Source: Candidatus Poriferisocius sp. (GTDB lineage Bacteria; Actinomycetota; Acidimicrobiia; Acidimicrobiales; Bin134). Taken from it: 64,000 bases of DNA. The notes under the pieces are model-generated. The model saw only the letters and a list, made by a program, of their open reading frames with translations. It was not told the origin of the DNA and searched no databases. A program made the position numbers and the translations under genes. Positions 9,296-17,880 of the stretch are shown here, one piece after another; the first letter of the stretch is position 1; each line of letters opens with the position of its first letter. The stretch spans positions 2,114,840 through 2,178,839 of the forward strand of contig NZ_OZ241977.1 of assembly GCF_965204145.1 (NCBI RefSeq), read 5' to 3'.

Positions 9296-10159
9296 ATGCC
9301 CATCGACCCAACCGCTGTCGGCGCCGAGAGCGACCCGAGCACCTCGAGCTGGAAGTCGAAGGACGCCCTTTTGTATGCCCTGGGCGTGGGCGCAGGAATG
9401 AGCGATCCCACCGGGTTCGAGCTGGAGTTCACCACCGAGAACACCAAGGACGTGGAGCAGAAGGCCCTGCCCACCATGTGCGTGGTGCTGGGCGGCGGGG
9501 TGGGCGGCGCCAACAGCCCGATGGCCAAGATCGGCACCTACAACCCGGCCCTTCTGGTCCACGGCGAGCAGGGGTTCACCCTCCACAAGCCGCTTCCGGT
9601 GGCGGCCACGGTCAGCTCGGTCAGCCGAATCGCCGGTATCTACGACAAGGGCAAAGCCGCCCTGGTGGTGCTGGAGAGCGACGTCACCGACACCGCCGAC
9701 GGCCAACCCCTGTTCACCAACGTCACCTCGCTATTTATCCGGGGCGAAGGCGGCTGGGACGGCGACCGGGGCCCGGCCAGCCCGCCCAAGGTGCCCGAGC
9801 GCGCCGCCGACCACGTGGTGACCTACCAGACCCGCACCGACCAGGCCCTGCTGTATCGGCTCAACGGCGACCGCAACCCGTTGCACTCCGACCCGTCGTT
9901 CGCCGCCGCCGGTGGGTTCGACACCCCCATCCTGCACGGCTTGTGTACCTACGGCTTCACCGGGCGAGCGCTGCTGCACTCGCTGTGCGCCAGCGATCCG
10001 GCCCGCTTCAAGAGCATGCACGGGCGGTTTTCCTCGCCGGTGCTGCCGGGAGAGACCCTCGACGTCCACATCTGGGATGAGGGCGGCGGATCGGCCCGCT
10101 TCCAGACCCGGGTGGGCGACCGGGTGGTGCTTGACGCCGGGACCGTTACCTTCGCCTAG
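9296..10159 (+). CDS. MaoC-like (R)-specific enoyl-CoA hydratase / hydroxyacyl dehydratase, double hotdog
   Basis: YRLNGDRNPLHSDPSFAAAGGFDTPILHGLCTYG is the hydratase-2 motif. Start at ATG 9296 (MPIDPTAV) after GAGGAG. Confidence 0.8.
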   Translation: MPIDPTAVGAESDPSTSSWKSKDALLYALGVGAGMSDPTGFELEFTTENTKDVEQKALPTMCVVLGGGVGGANSPMAKIGTYNPALLVHGEQGFTLHKPLPVAATVSSVSRIAGIYDKGKAALVVLESDVTDTADGQPLFTNVTSLFIRGEGGWDGDRGPASPPKVPERAADHVVTYQTRTDQALLYRLNGDRNPLHSDPSFAAAGGFDTPILHGLCTYGFTGRALLHSLCASDPARFKSMHGRFSSPVLPGETLDVHIWDEGGGSARFQTRVGDRVVLDAGTVTFA

Positions 10160-10198
10160 GCGCTTGGGCTTGGCCCAGGCTCCGAAGCCGCGGCTCGG

Positions 10199-11035
10199 CT
10201 ACTTGCCGAAGGCGGCGTCGATGTTCTGGTCGACCAGCGCGGTGATGGGCAAGTCGACGCCGAGCTCCTCGGCTAGCGCGAGCGCGCCCCCCAAGTCTTT
10301 GTGGGCGATTCGAGTGAAGCTGCCCCCCAAAGCCGGGGGCGGATAGGTGGGCGGCCGGTTGAACACTCCCACGTGCGCGCCGATGTTGCGGTCGGAGTAG
10401 CTCACGATCTCGGCAAATGCCTTCAGGTCCACATCGGCGGCCGCGGCTAGGGCAATGGCCTCGTAGGCCACGGCAAACTCGACATAGGTGATGAGATTGC
10501 GGGCCACCTTGGCCTTCTGCGCCGCGCCCAGCGGACCGACGTTCACCACCATCCCGCCGTAGCGCTCGAAGTGAGGCCGCCCCTGCTCAGTGTGGGCCGC
10601 GTCGCCTCCGCATAGAACCACCAAGTCGCGATTCCGAGCCGACGGGGTGCCACCGGTGACCGGGGCATCGATCAGCGCCACCCCGACCGCGGCGGCCTCT
10701 GCCGCCAGATCGATCACCGTGGCGGGCAGCACAGTGGAGTGGATGGCCACCAACGCCCCCGACTCGGCGGCTCCGGCGATGGCCCCGTCGTCGCCCTGAC
10801 ACACTTGGCGCACCTGGACGTCGTCGATCACCACCACTGCCACCAGATCTGCTTGTCGGGCCAGCTCCCCCACCGAGGCGGCCGGGGTGCCGCCCAGCTC
10901 GGTGAACCGCTCCATGGCCTCGGCGGAGACGTCGTAGCCGAACACGGTCACCTCGTCGTTCCACTGGCCGGTGAGCACGCCCTCGGCGATGGCACCGCCC
11001 ATGTCGCCCAGTCCGATGATTCCCAGTCGGGTCAT
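10199..11035 (-). CDS. NAD(P)-dependent oxidoreductase, 3-hydroxyisobutyrate/6-phosphogluconate dehydrogenase-like
   Basis: MTRLGIIGLGDMGGAIA Rossmann motif; DAPVTGG; GAAQKAKVARN. The 452-aa track ORF is an artefact that reads back through the neighbouring epoxide hydrolase gene, so it was trimmed to ATG 11035. Confidence 0.8.
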   Translation of the reverse strand: MTRLGIIGLGDMGGAIAEGVLTGQWNDEVTVFGYDVSAEAMERFTELGGTPAASVGELARQADLVAVVVIDDVQVRQVCQGDDGAIAGAAESGALVAIHSTVLPATVIDLAAEAAAVGVALIDAPVTGGTPSARNRDLVVLCGGDAAHTEQGRPHFERYGGMVVNVGPLGAAQKAKVARNLITYVEFAVAYEAIALAAAADVDLKAFAEIVSYSDRNIGAHVGVFNRPPTYPPPALGGSFTRIAHKDLGGALALAEELGVDLPITALVDQNIDAAFGK

Positions 11036-11064
11036 GGCATCCTTCTCTTTCTGCTCAGGGGCTT

Positions 11065-12204
11065 TCAGCGAAGCGGTCGGAAGAAGGCCCGCACCTCTTC
11101 CACCAGCTTGTTTGGATTCTCCAGGGCCGGGAAGTGGCCGCCGTCGTCCACCTCGGTCCACCGGGTGATGTTGTAGTAGGGCTCGGCCAGCTCGCGGGGC
11201 GGACGGTTCTTCTCGTTGAACACCGCCACCCCGGTGGGCACGGTAATTCTCGGCGGCTGGTTTAACGCCGAGCCGGCCCCGAAGCTCTCGTAGTACATGC
11301 GCATCGACGGGCCGATGGTGGCCGTGGCCCAGTAGATGGTGAGCAGGGTGCAGAGCTCGTCGAGGGTGTAGCGCCGGGTGAGATCCCGCCCGCCGGGGCC
11401 GTCGATGTCGCTCCACCGCCACCACTTCTCGATGATCCAGGCGGCCAGGCCGGCGGGCGAGTCGGTGAGTCCCACCGCCGCGGTCTGCGGCTTGGTGCGC
11501 TGGAGGTGTACGTAGCCCCACTCCCGGTCGCGGTACTGCTTCACGCCCTCCCACCACTGGCGCTGCTCTTCAGTGAGCGCGGCCTCATCGATGGGCGGGG
11601 CCACCATGTTGAGGTGGATGCCGATCATGCGGTCGGGGTGCATGGCGCCCAGCGCGGCGCTCACCGCGGAGCCCCAGTCGCCGCCTTGGGCGCCGAAGCG
11701 CCCATAGCCGAGGGCGGCCATCAACTCGGCCCATATATCGGCCACCTTGGCCGACGACGCCCCCGGTTGCGACGGCGGGGACGAGAACCCGTAGCCGGGC
11801 AGCGACGGGGCCACCACATGGAATGCATCGGCAGGGTCGCCGCCGTGGGCCCCGGGATCGCTCAGCGGGCCGACCACCTTGTGCATCTCCCAGAAGCAGC
11901 TGGGCCAGCCGTGGGTGATGACCAGCGGCAGCGGATCGGGGCCCCGGCCCTCGGCATGGACGAAGTGGATGTCGATGCCGTCGATGCGCTGGGTGAACTG
12001 GGGCAATTCGTTGAGCGCGGCCTCGTGGGCCCGCCAGTCATAGTCGTGGCGCCAATGGCGGCAGAGGTCGGCAATGAAGGCGGTGTCGGATCCGTAGTCC
12101 CACCCCACCCCGTCCAGAGTCTGGGGCCACCGGGTGGCGTCCAGGCGCCGATGAAGGTCATCGATCACCTCATCGGGCACAGCAATCCGAAACGGCTCAG
12201 CCAC
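11065..12204 (-). CDS. Epoxide hydrolase (alpha/beta hydrolase with EH N-terminal domain)
   Basis: PFRIAVPDEVIDDLHRRLDATRWP, ITHGWPSCFWE (HGWP oxyanion motif), GGDWGSAV nucleophile elbow. Confidence 0.85.
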   Translation of the reverse strand: MAEPFRIAVPDEVIDDLHRRLDATRWPQTLDGVGWDYGSDTAFIADLCRHWRHDYDWRAHEAALNELPQFTQRIDGIDIHFVHAEGRGPDPLPLVITHGWPSCFWEMHKVVGPLSDPGAHGGDPADAFHVVAPSLPGYGFSSPPSQPGASSAKVADIWAELMAALGYGRFGAQGGDWGSAVSAALGAMHPDRMIGIHLNMVAPPIDEAALTEEQRQWWEGVKQYRDREWGYVHLQRTKPQTAAVGLTDSPAGLAAWIIEKWWRWSDIDGPGGRDLTRRYTLDELCTLLTIYWATATIGPSMRMYYESFGAGSALNQPPRITVPTGVAVFNEKNRPPRELAEPYYNITRWTEVDDGGHFPALENPNKLVEEVRAFFRPLR

Positions 12205-12225
12205 GGCGTCAGGGTAGTTGGCCGG

Positions 12226-13815
12226 TCAGCGGTCGCCGATGGCGTAGAAGCCGCCGCCTCGGGAGGCGACGTATACGACTCCCTCCCACACCGCGGGGGT
12301 GGCCTCCACACAGCCGTCCAGCTCAATCCGCCACAGCTCGGGCGGCTCGACCCAGGGCAGGGAGATGTCGAGCCCGTAGAGGACTCCGGCGCAGTCGCCT
12401 TGGATCAACACGTCGTCGATCACCACCGGCGATGACCACACCGGACCGGTCATCCGCTTCCTCCACACGATTTCGCCGGTGCCGCGGTCCAACCCGTACA
12501 AGAAACCGGCGTGGGTGGGCACGTAGACCATCTCTTCGGTGAGCGCCGGGGTGGCCCACACCCCGTCGGTGGCGGTGTTGCGGAGGTCCGTGCCCCATAC
12601 CAGGGGATCCTCAGCAGAGGGGTCCAACTTGAGCATCTGGCCCAGCTCCTGGCTGCGGGCATTGCCCCGCTCGTACTCCACCCCGACGTACAAGAAGCCC
12701 TCGGCGTCGGCCACCACGGTGGCGTCCACGTCGTCGCCCGCCCAGTAGCGGAACACCCGCACGGGGTTGATGCCATGCTCCAGCCCGGCGATGTCCCAAC
12801 CCTGCACCAGCCCCCCGGAGTTGGCGAAGTACAGGGTGTTGCCGATCATGGTCATCCCCCCCTCGATGGACACGTTGCCGTCGCCCACCGCATTGAGCAG
12901 TTCGTCGTCCCAGCCGGGGCTGGTGAACACGATCTCGGGATCGATGGCCACCAGGCCGTCGGGATCGAACGCGCGGTTCAGCTTGATGATGAAGAAATGG
13001 CTGTTCTCCCCGCCTTGGAACAGGTAGTCGTCCAGCACCAGGGCAGCGCCGTCCCAGTCGTCGTTCCACAGCACCGGGGACACCTCGGTGGCGTGCATCG
13101 ACCACAACTCGACCGGTTCTTCCCGGTCGAAGGCGATGATCCTGAGGTAATCGTCCCGCGAGCCGAAGTACACCAGGGGATAGCCGTCGGGATCGACGGT
13201 CACCGACCCCTTGACGAGGTCGCCCACCACGAACTCGGGCAGGATCTGCTCGCCGGTGGCGGCGTCTAGGAAATGGACCCCGGGGGTATAGGTGCCCGCC
13301 ACCACCCAGGTGCGCTCGTCCCACTCGATCACCGCCGGCTGGCCGGTCCAACCAGCCCCGCACCAAAGGGTGACACCGGCCTCCCAGCTGGTGAGCGAGC
13401 ACAGATCCCGCTCGGCGGAGCCGGTGAACCGCCACAGCACCTCCGGCGAACGGGGGGCCGGACCGGTGCCGTAGAAGGTGCGCGTGGGGTTGCCTCGGAA
13501 CGTGAGCAGCCCGGGCATTCCGCTGACCGGCTCAAAGGCGGTGGCCGGGTCCACCCAACCCGGATACGGCGTGGGAGTGGGGACAGGGGTGGGGGTGGCA
13601 GTCGAAGTCGGAGGAGCAGTGGGAGGCGGGGTGATAGGCGGCGGGAGGGTAGGTGTCGGCGCAGAGGTTGGCGGGTCGGCCGGGGGCAGCGGCCTGGAGG
13701 TCGCAATGGTGGTCAACTCGGGATCGTCGACGCCGAAGAACTGCCGATCCACCACCACCGCCACAACTCCGATGGCGGCGGCGATCACCGCAATCACAGC
13801 CCATGTCTTCCACAT
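12226..13815 (-). CDS. Membrane-anchored PQQ-like beta-propeller repeat protein with Pro/Thr-rich linker
   Basis: N-terminal TM WAVIAVIAAAIGVVAVVV, linker PPADPPTSAPTPTLPPPITPPPTAPPTSTATPTPVPTPTP, then repeated GxxYxxDxxTGexxW-type blades (LYGLDRGTGEIVWR, VHFLDAATGEQI). ATG 13815 chosen; GTG 13827 is possible. Confidence 0.7.
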   Translation of the reverse strand: MWKTWAVIAVIAAAIGVVAVVVDRQFFGVDDPELTTIATSRPLPPADPPTSAPTPTLPPPITPPPTAPPTSTATPTPVPTPTPYPGWVDPATAFEPVSGMPGLLTFRGNPTRTFYGTGPAPRSPEVLWRFTGSAERDLCSLTSWEAGVTLWCGAGWTGQPAVIEWDERTWVVAGTYTPGVHFLDAATGEQILPEFVVGDLVKGSVTVDPDGYPLVYFGSRDDYLRIIAFDREEPVELWSMHATEVSPVLWNDDWDGAALVLDDYLFQGGENSHFFIIKLNRAFDPDGLVAIDPEIVFTSPGWDDELLNAVGDGNVSIEGGMTMIGNTLYFANSGGLVQGWDIAGLEHGINPVRVFRYWAGDDVDATVVADAEGFLYVGVEYERGNARSQELGQMLKLDPSAEDPLVWGTDLRNTATDGVWATPALTEEMVYVPTHAGFLYGLDRGTGEIVWRKRMTGPVWSSPVVIDDVLIQGDCAGVLYGLDISLPWVEPPELWRIELDGCVEATPAVWEGVVYVASRGGGFYAIGDR

Positions 13816-13839
13816 CCGCACTTGCACTACCGTAGAGGC

Positions 13840-14367
13840 ATGGAGACCGAATATCTGGACCCCCAGGCTGATCCAGGCGAACCCGTGACCCCTTATGAAC
13901 TGTCTGCGGGGGGCGGATCCCTCACCATCGGGCTGTTGGCCAACGGATTCCCCGATTCAGTCCCGTTCTTGGATGCAGTGGGCGAAAGCCTGCGCCGAGT
14001 GCGTCCCGACGTGGAGGTTCGGGCCTGGAACAAGGGCAACGCCTCGATGGTGGCCGACGACCAGCTCATGGGCGAGATCACCGACGCCTGCGACGCGGTA
14101 GTGGCGGCCTACGGGCATTGAGGAAGCTGCACAAGCGGCACCGTGCGTGACGCCATCAAAGCCGCCCGCCGCGACACCCCGGCCGTGGCCCTGGTGACCA
14201 CCAAGTTCTCCCCCCAAGGTGACTTCGTGTCCCGGTCGGCGGGAATGCCCGACATTCCCCGGGTGATCCTCCCCCATCCCGTGGCCGGAACTGGGGAGAA
14301 GGCCATCAAGATGGTGGCCGACGACATCGCCGACGAGGTGCTCGAGGCGCTGGGCGCCGCCGGATGA
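13840..14367 (+). CDS. UGSC-motif putative selenoprotein (in-frame TGA at 14119-14121 read as Sec)
   Basis: Track ORFs 13273-14121 and 14143-14367 are in the same frame and are separated only by TGA. Read-through gives ...AVVAAYGH-U-GSCTSGTVRDAIKAARRDTPAVALVTTKF..., with coding-like codon usage on both sides. ATG 13840. A hairpin GCGGCAC-CGUGC-GUGACGC lies at 14135-14153. Confidence 0.6.
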
Positions 14368-15461
14368 GCCGTCGGCTCACTGCGGCCTCCGAGGAGGCCG
14401 CTCTCGAGCAGCTCCACGACTCGGGCTGCACTGACGGGCTGCCGGTGGTGATTCCCACCCCCGACCGGGTGGAGCGGATGGTGCTGGCCTCGGGCCTCGA
14501 CAGCGATGTGTCGCTGGGCCAACTCGGTCCCAACCTGGGCGAGGCCACCGTGGAGAAGGCCGCCATCGCCGCGGTGATGGCCGGCTGTCTGCCCGACCAC
14601 TTCCCGGTGGTGGTGGCCGCCGTGCGGGCAGTGAGCGACCCCCGCTTGGACATGACCGAGGTGCAGGCCACCACCCACAATCTGGGACCGCTGCTCATCG
14701 TGAACGGTCCTGCGGTGAGCGCCTGTGGCATCGCGTCGGGGTTCGGCGCGCTGGGCCCGGGCCACCGGGGCAACGCCAGCATCGGCCGGGCCGTGCGATT
14801 GGCCATGATCAACATCGGCGGCGGGCGCCCGGGCACCTCCGACATGGCCCTGCTGGGCCACCCCGGCAAGTTCACCTTCTGTCTGGGCGAAGACGAGGTG
14901 GCCAGCCCCTGGCCGCCACTGCACACTTCGCTGGGCTATGACATCGACCAGAGCACCGTCACCGTGGCCTGCACCGAAGGGCCTCACTCGGTGCTGTGCT
15001 TCCCCGACGACGACCCCGAGGTGTATGCCGACCACCTGCTCAACGTGCTGGCCGCCTCGCTGTCGGGGCTGGGCGCCAACAACACCCACTTCGGCCGGGG
15101 CACCCAGGTGTTGGTGCTCAACCCCGACCACGCTGTGGCCTTGGCCGACGTGGGCCACGACCGGGCCTCCATCGCCGAAGCACTCCACCAGCGGGCCAAG
15201 CGCACCTGGTCGGAGCTGTCCGCCGTGCGCTCTCGGGGTTCGGGCATCAATCGCCACCAGCGCAACCAGGGCGACGACCCCGACCTGGTGGTCCACGCTC
15301 TGAGCAGCCCCGAAGCCCTGCTCATCCTGGTAGCCGGAGGCACCGGCCTGTACTCCACCGTCATGCCCTCCTGGGGCGCCGGCCCCCACGGCAACACCCA
15401 CCTCACCGTAGAGATCGACCTCGACCAAGCCTGTGACGTTCCGTTGCTAGGGTCCGAGTAA
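14364..15461 (+). CDS. Conserved hypothetical protein, translationally coupled to the UGSC gene
   Basis: ATGA overlap at 14364-14367. 365 aa, coding-like composition, motifs GCTDGLPVVIPTP, TTHNLGPLLIVNGP, GNASIGRAVRLAMINIGGG. I do not recognise the family. Confidence 0.6.
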   Translation: MSRRLTAASEEAALEQLHDSGCTDGLPVVIPTPDRVERMVLASGLDSDVSLGQLGPNLGEATVEKAAIAAVMAGCLPDHFPVVVAAVRAVSDPRLDMTEVQATTHNLGPLLIVNGPAVSACGIASGFGALGPGHRGNASIGRAVRLAMINIGGGRPGTSDMALLGHPGKFTFCLGEDEVASPWPPLHTSLGYDIDQSTVTVACTEGPHSVLCFPDDDPEVYADHLLNVLAASLSGLGANNTHFGRGTQVLVLNPDHAVALADVGHDRASIAEALHQRAKRTWSELSAVRSRGSGINRHQRNQGDDPDLVVHALSSPEALLILVAGGTGLYSTVMPSWGAGPHGNTHLTVEIDLDQACDVPLLGSE

Positions 15462-16531
15462 TGGGCATCTTCAGCCAGCGGAGAGAGACCTGGAGGCAGA
15501 CAAGAGCCTTAGCCTCTGTGCGAGCGGGGCAGCACCCAACCGTTCGGTCCGTGGGAGACACCTGGAGGCGGACAAGAATCCTGGCATCAGCCTCATATGA
15601 GGTGTTGAAGCGCGACAGGTTCCTCATGGCTTTTCCAGCCCTGAGCTTGACCGCAGCAGTAGTCATCAACGTTGTCATCTGGGTGGTGGTCTGGGTCACC
15701 ACAACAGGCCTCAGTTCCGGCACGGTTGACGACCCCGACCAGTGGGTTGCTGAACCAATCGTATGGATCGGGCTCGTGGCGTCCGTACTGCTATGCACCT
15801 TTGCCTCGATCTATTTCACCGCCGCGCTGACCTATGGGGCTTGGGAGCGGTTCCAAGGCAGAACTCCGACCTTCGAAAGCTGCATATCGGCAGCCAATGC
15901 CCGTCTCCACATCATCGTGCCCTGGGCCATCCTCGCCGGCATCGTGGGAGTGATCATCGAACTCTTGTACCGGCTCCCCAGAATCTTCCGCTACATGGAA
16001 CAGGCTGGTCGCAACATCCCCGTGGTCGGCCATTTCGCTGCCATCGGAACAATGATCGTGGCCGTTCTGCTTGAGTCCATTTGGTACTTCGTCACCTACC
16101 TCGTCGTGCCAATTCTGGTAGTGGAAGAGACCGGCCCGATTGCTTCGTGCAAACGCTCCTTCCAACTCTTCCGCAAGACCTGGGGAAAGAGCCTCATCGC
16201 CCAAGTGGCCTTCGACCTCATCGGCCTTCTCATCGCTTTGCCCGGACTGGCGCTGGCCGCTCTCATAGTGCTCGCCGGATTGGGGAATCCAGCGGCGCTT
16301 GTTATCGGAATCGGAATCGGCGTGGCCTGGCTGCTTGTGGTGATTGTGGCCATGTCGGCAATTGTTGGCATATTCAAGATGGCGCTGTACCTCTACGTGA
16401 CCACGGGCGAAGTGCCTCGTGAGTACCAAGGTCCCGACCTCGAGAAAGCGTTCGCAGGTTACAGCTTCCTCAAAGTCGAACGAAGAACTCGCAAGCCACG
16501 AGGGAAGGCCCAAGACCCAGAGGCTTCCTGA
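15461..16531 (+). CDS. Polytopic membrane protein (DUF6159-like, assignment from memory), paralogue 1
   Basis: TAATG overlap with the upstream stop. Multiple TM helices; LVVPILVVEETGPIASCKRSFQLFRKTWGKSLIAQVAFDLIGLL aligns with the next gene. Confidence 0.6.
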   Translation: MGIFSQRRETWRQTRALASVRAGQHPTVRSVGDTWRRTRILASASYEVLKRDRFLMAFPALSLTAAVVINVVIWVVVWVTTTGLSSGTVDDPDQWVAEPIVWIGLVASVLLCTFASIYFTAALTYGAWERFQGRTPTFESCISAANARLHIIVPWAILAGIVGVIIELLYRLPRIFRYMEQAGRNIPVVGHFAAIGTMIVAVLLESIWYFVTYLVVPILVVEETGPIASCKRSFQLFRKTWGKSLIAQVAFDLIGLLIALPGLALAALIVLAGLGNPAALVIGIGIGVAWLLVVIVAMSAIVGIFKMALYLYVTTGEVPREYQGPDLEKAFAGYSFLKVERRTRKPRGKAQDPEAS

Positions 16532-16576
16532 TCGGAGTTACCTCAAACACCAGGTTTCGCTGGTACCGTTTTGCCC

Positions 16577-17464
16577 ATGGGTCGATTTCGACGGACTATG
16601 GACACTGCCAAGGCCTCATGGGCGGTGTTGCAACATGATCGGGAACTGGCCGTCCTGCCGATTCTGGGAGCGCTGGCCTCGTTGGCAGTGGTTGCCGCGA
16701 TCGGCATCCCCATCTGGCTTTCTACCGACGGGATCGACGACGGCGGCAGCAGTGCGGGCAGCGACCCGATGCTGTGGATCGGCGGCATCATCATTTTGTT
16801 CGCCGTCACCGTCATCACCGTGTTCTTCAACGCCGCGGTGGTGTCGGGAGCCCGGGAGCGGTTCAGCGGCGGTGACCCCACCATCTCCAGCGCGATCAAG
16901 GGGGCCTTTTCCCGGCTGCACGTGATCGTGCCCTGGGCGATTCTGGCGCTGACCGTCGGGATGATCATTCGAGCCATTCAGAGCTCGGATAACATGGTTG
17001 CCCGAATCCTCGGCAGCCTTCTCAACATGGCCTGGGGGGTGCTCACTTTCTTGGTGGTGCCCATCCTGGTGGTGGAGCAAACCGGGCCGTTCCGGTCGCT
17101 GAGCCGCTCCGGCGAGCTGTTGCGCCACACTTGGGGCGAGAACCTGATCGCCCAAGTGGGGTTCGGCATCATCGGCCTAGTGGCCGCCATCCCGGGCATC
17201 ATCATCATCGCCATCGGGGCTTCAGCGGGATCTGCTGGCGCATTGATCGGGATCACCATCGGATTTGCCTGGATCGCCCTGGTGTCGGTGGTGATCAGCA
17301 CGCTCACCGCCATCTTCCAGATGGCCCTCTATCTCTACGCCACCACCGGCCAAGTGCCCATGGGGTTCGAGAACTCCGGCATCAGCGACACCTTCCACGA
17401 GCGGTCCCAAGGCCCCCTGATGCGAGGTTTCGGTGGCGGGGGCCTCGGCGGCGGCAGGTTCTAA
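16577..17464 (+). CDS. Polytopic membrane protein (DUF6159-like), paralogue 2
   Basis: MGRFRRTMDTAKASWAVLQHDRELAVLPIL...; LVVPILVVEQTGPFRSLSRSGELLRHTWGENLIAQVGFGIIGLV; Gly-rich tail. ATG 16577. Confidence 0.65.
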   Translation: MGRFRRTMDTAKASWAVLQHDRELAVLPILGALASLAVVAAIGIPIWLSTDGIDDGGSSAGSDPMLWIGGIIILFAVTVITVFFNAAVVSGARERFSGGDPTISSAIKGAFSRLHVIVPWAILALTVGMIIRAIQSSDNMVARILGSLLNMAWGVLTFLVVPILVVEQTGPFRSLSRSGELLRHTWGENLIAQVGFGIIGLVAAIPGIIIIAIGASAGSAGALIGITIGFAWIALVSVVISTLTAIFQMALYLYATTGQVPMGFENSGISDTFHERSQGPLMRGFGGGGLGGGRF

Positions 17465-17467
17465 CCG

Positions 17468-17872
17468 CTAGTCGCCGACTGGCGCCAGAGCGGCCTTAGC
17501 TGCCTCCGGGTTGAGGTACTCCCGGGTGAAGCACACCTTGCCGTTGCGAAAGCGCCACAGGCCGATATAGCGATTGGAGTAGCGGCGCCCGGTGGGGATC
17601 ACCTCGCCCTCGCTGGTGTACTCGGCGATCAGGAGGTCGGGATCAACGCAGGGGTAAACCTCGGTGATGTGCAGGCTGAAGCGGAACACCTTGAAGGCGC
17701 CCACCAGGCGCTGGCGCACCGCCTCTTTGCCCTCGGTCCGGTCGGGTTTGTCGGGATGGGCGTAGGGCAACTCCATCACGTAGTCGTCGGTGTAATGGGC
17801 CACCACCGCATCGGCATTGCCCATGGAATCGAACACCGACTGGAGAATTTCAAGGTTGGTCCGCTGGCTCAT
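17468..17872 (-). CDS. NTF2-like / SnoaL-like fold protein
   Basis: 134 aa with a pattern typical of the SnoaL/PhzA-B-like family (NLEILQSVFDSMGN..., YIGLWRFRNGKVCFTREYLNP). Confidence 0.65.
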   Translation of the reverse strand: MSQRTNLEILQSVFDSMGNADAVVAHYTDDYVMELPYAHPDKPDRTEGKEAVRQRLVGAFKVFRFSLHITEVYPCVDPDLLIAEYTSEGEVIPTGRRYSNRYIGLWRFRNGKVCFTREYLNPEAAKAALAPVGD

Positions 17873-17880
17873 ATCGCTAG

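Noticed and set aside
10199-11557. 452-aa ORF read as a single gene
   Set aside because: Its N-terminal 174 codons run through the 3' end of the epoxide hydrolase gene in another frame and look like nonsense. The Rossmann motif starts right after the internal ATG 11035.
14109-15428. 439-aa minus-strand ORF, and similar long ORFs at 18304-19875(-), 48112-49476(+), 51005-52462(+), 8566-10080(+), 32894-34159(+), 12611-13435(-) and 113-1513(+)
   Set aside because: These are high-GC shadow ORFs. Their translations are Arg/Gly/His/Pro-rich with no motifs, and each lies antisense to or out of frame with an ORF carrying clear family signatures.
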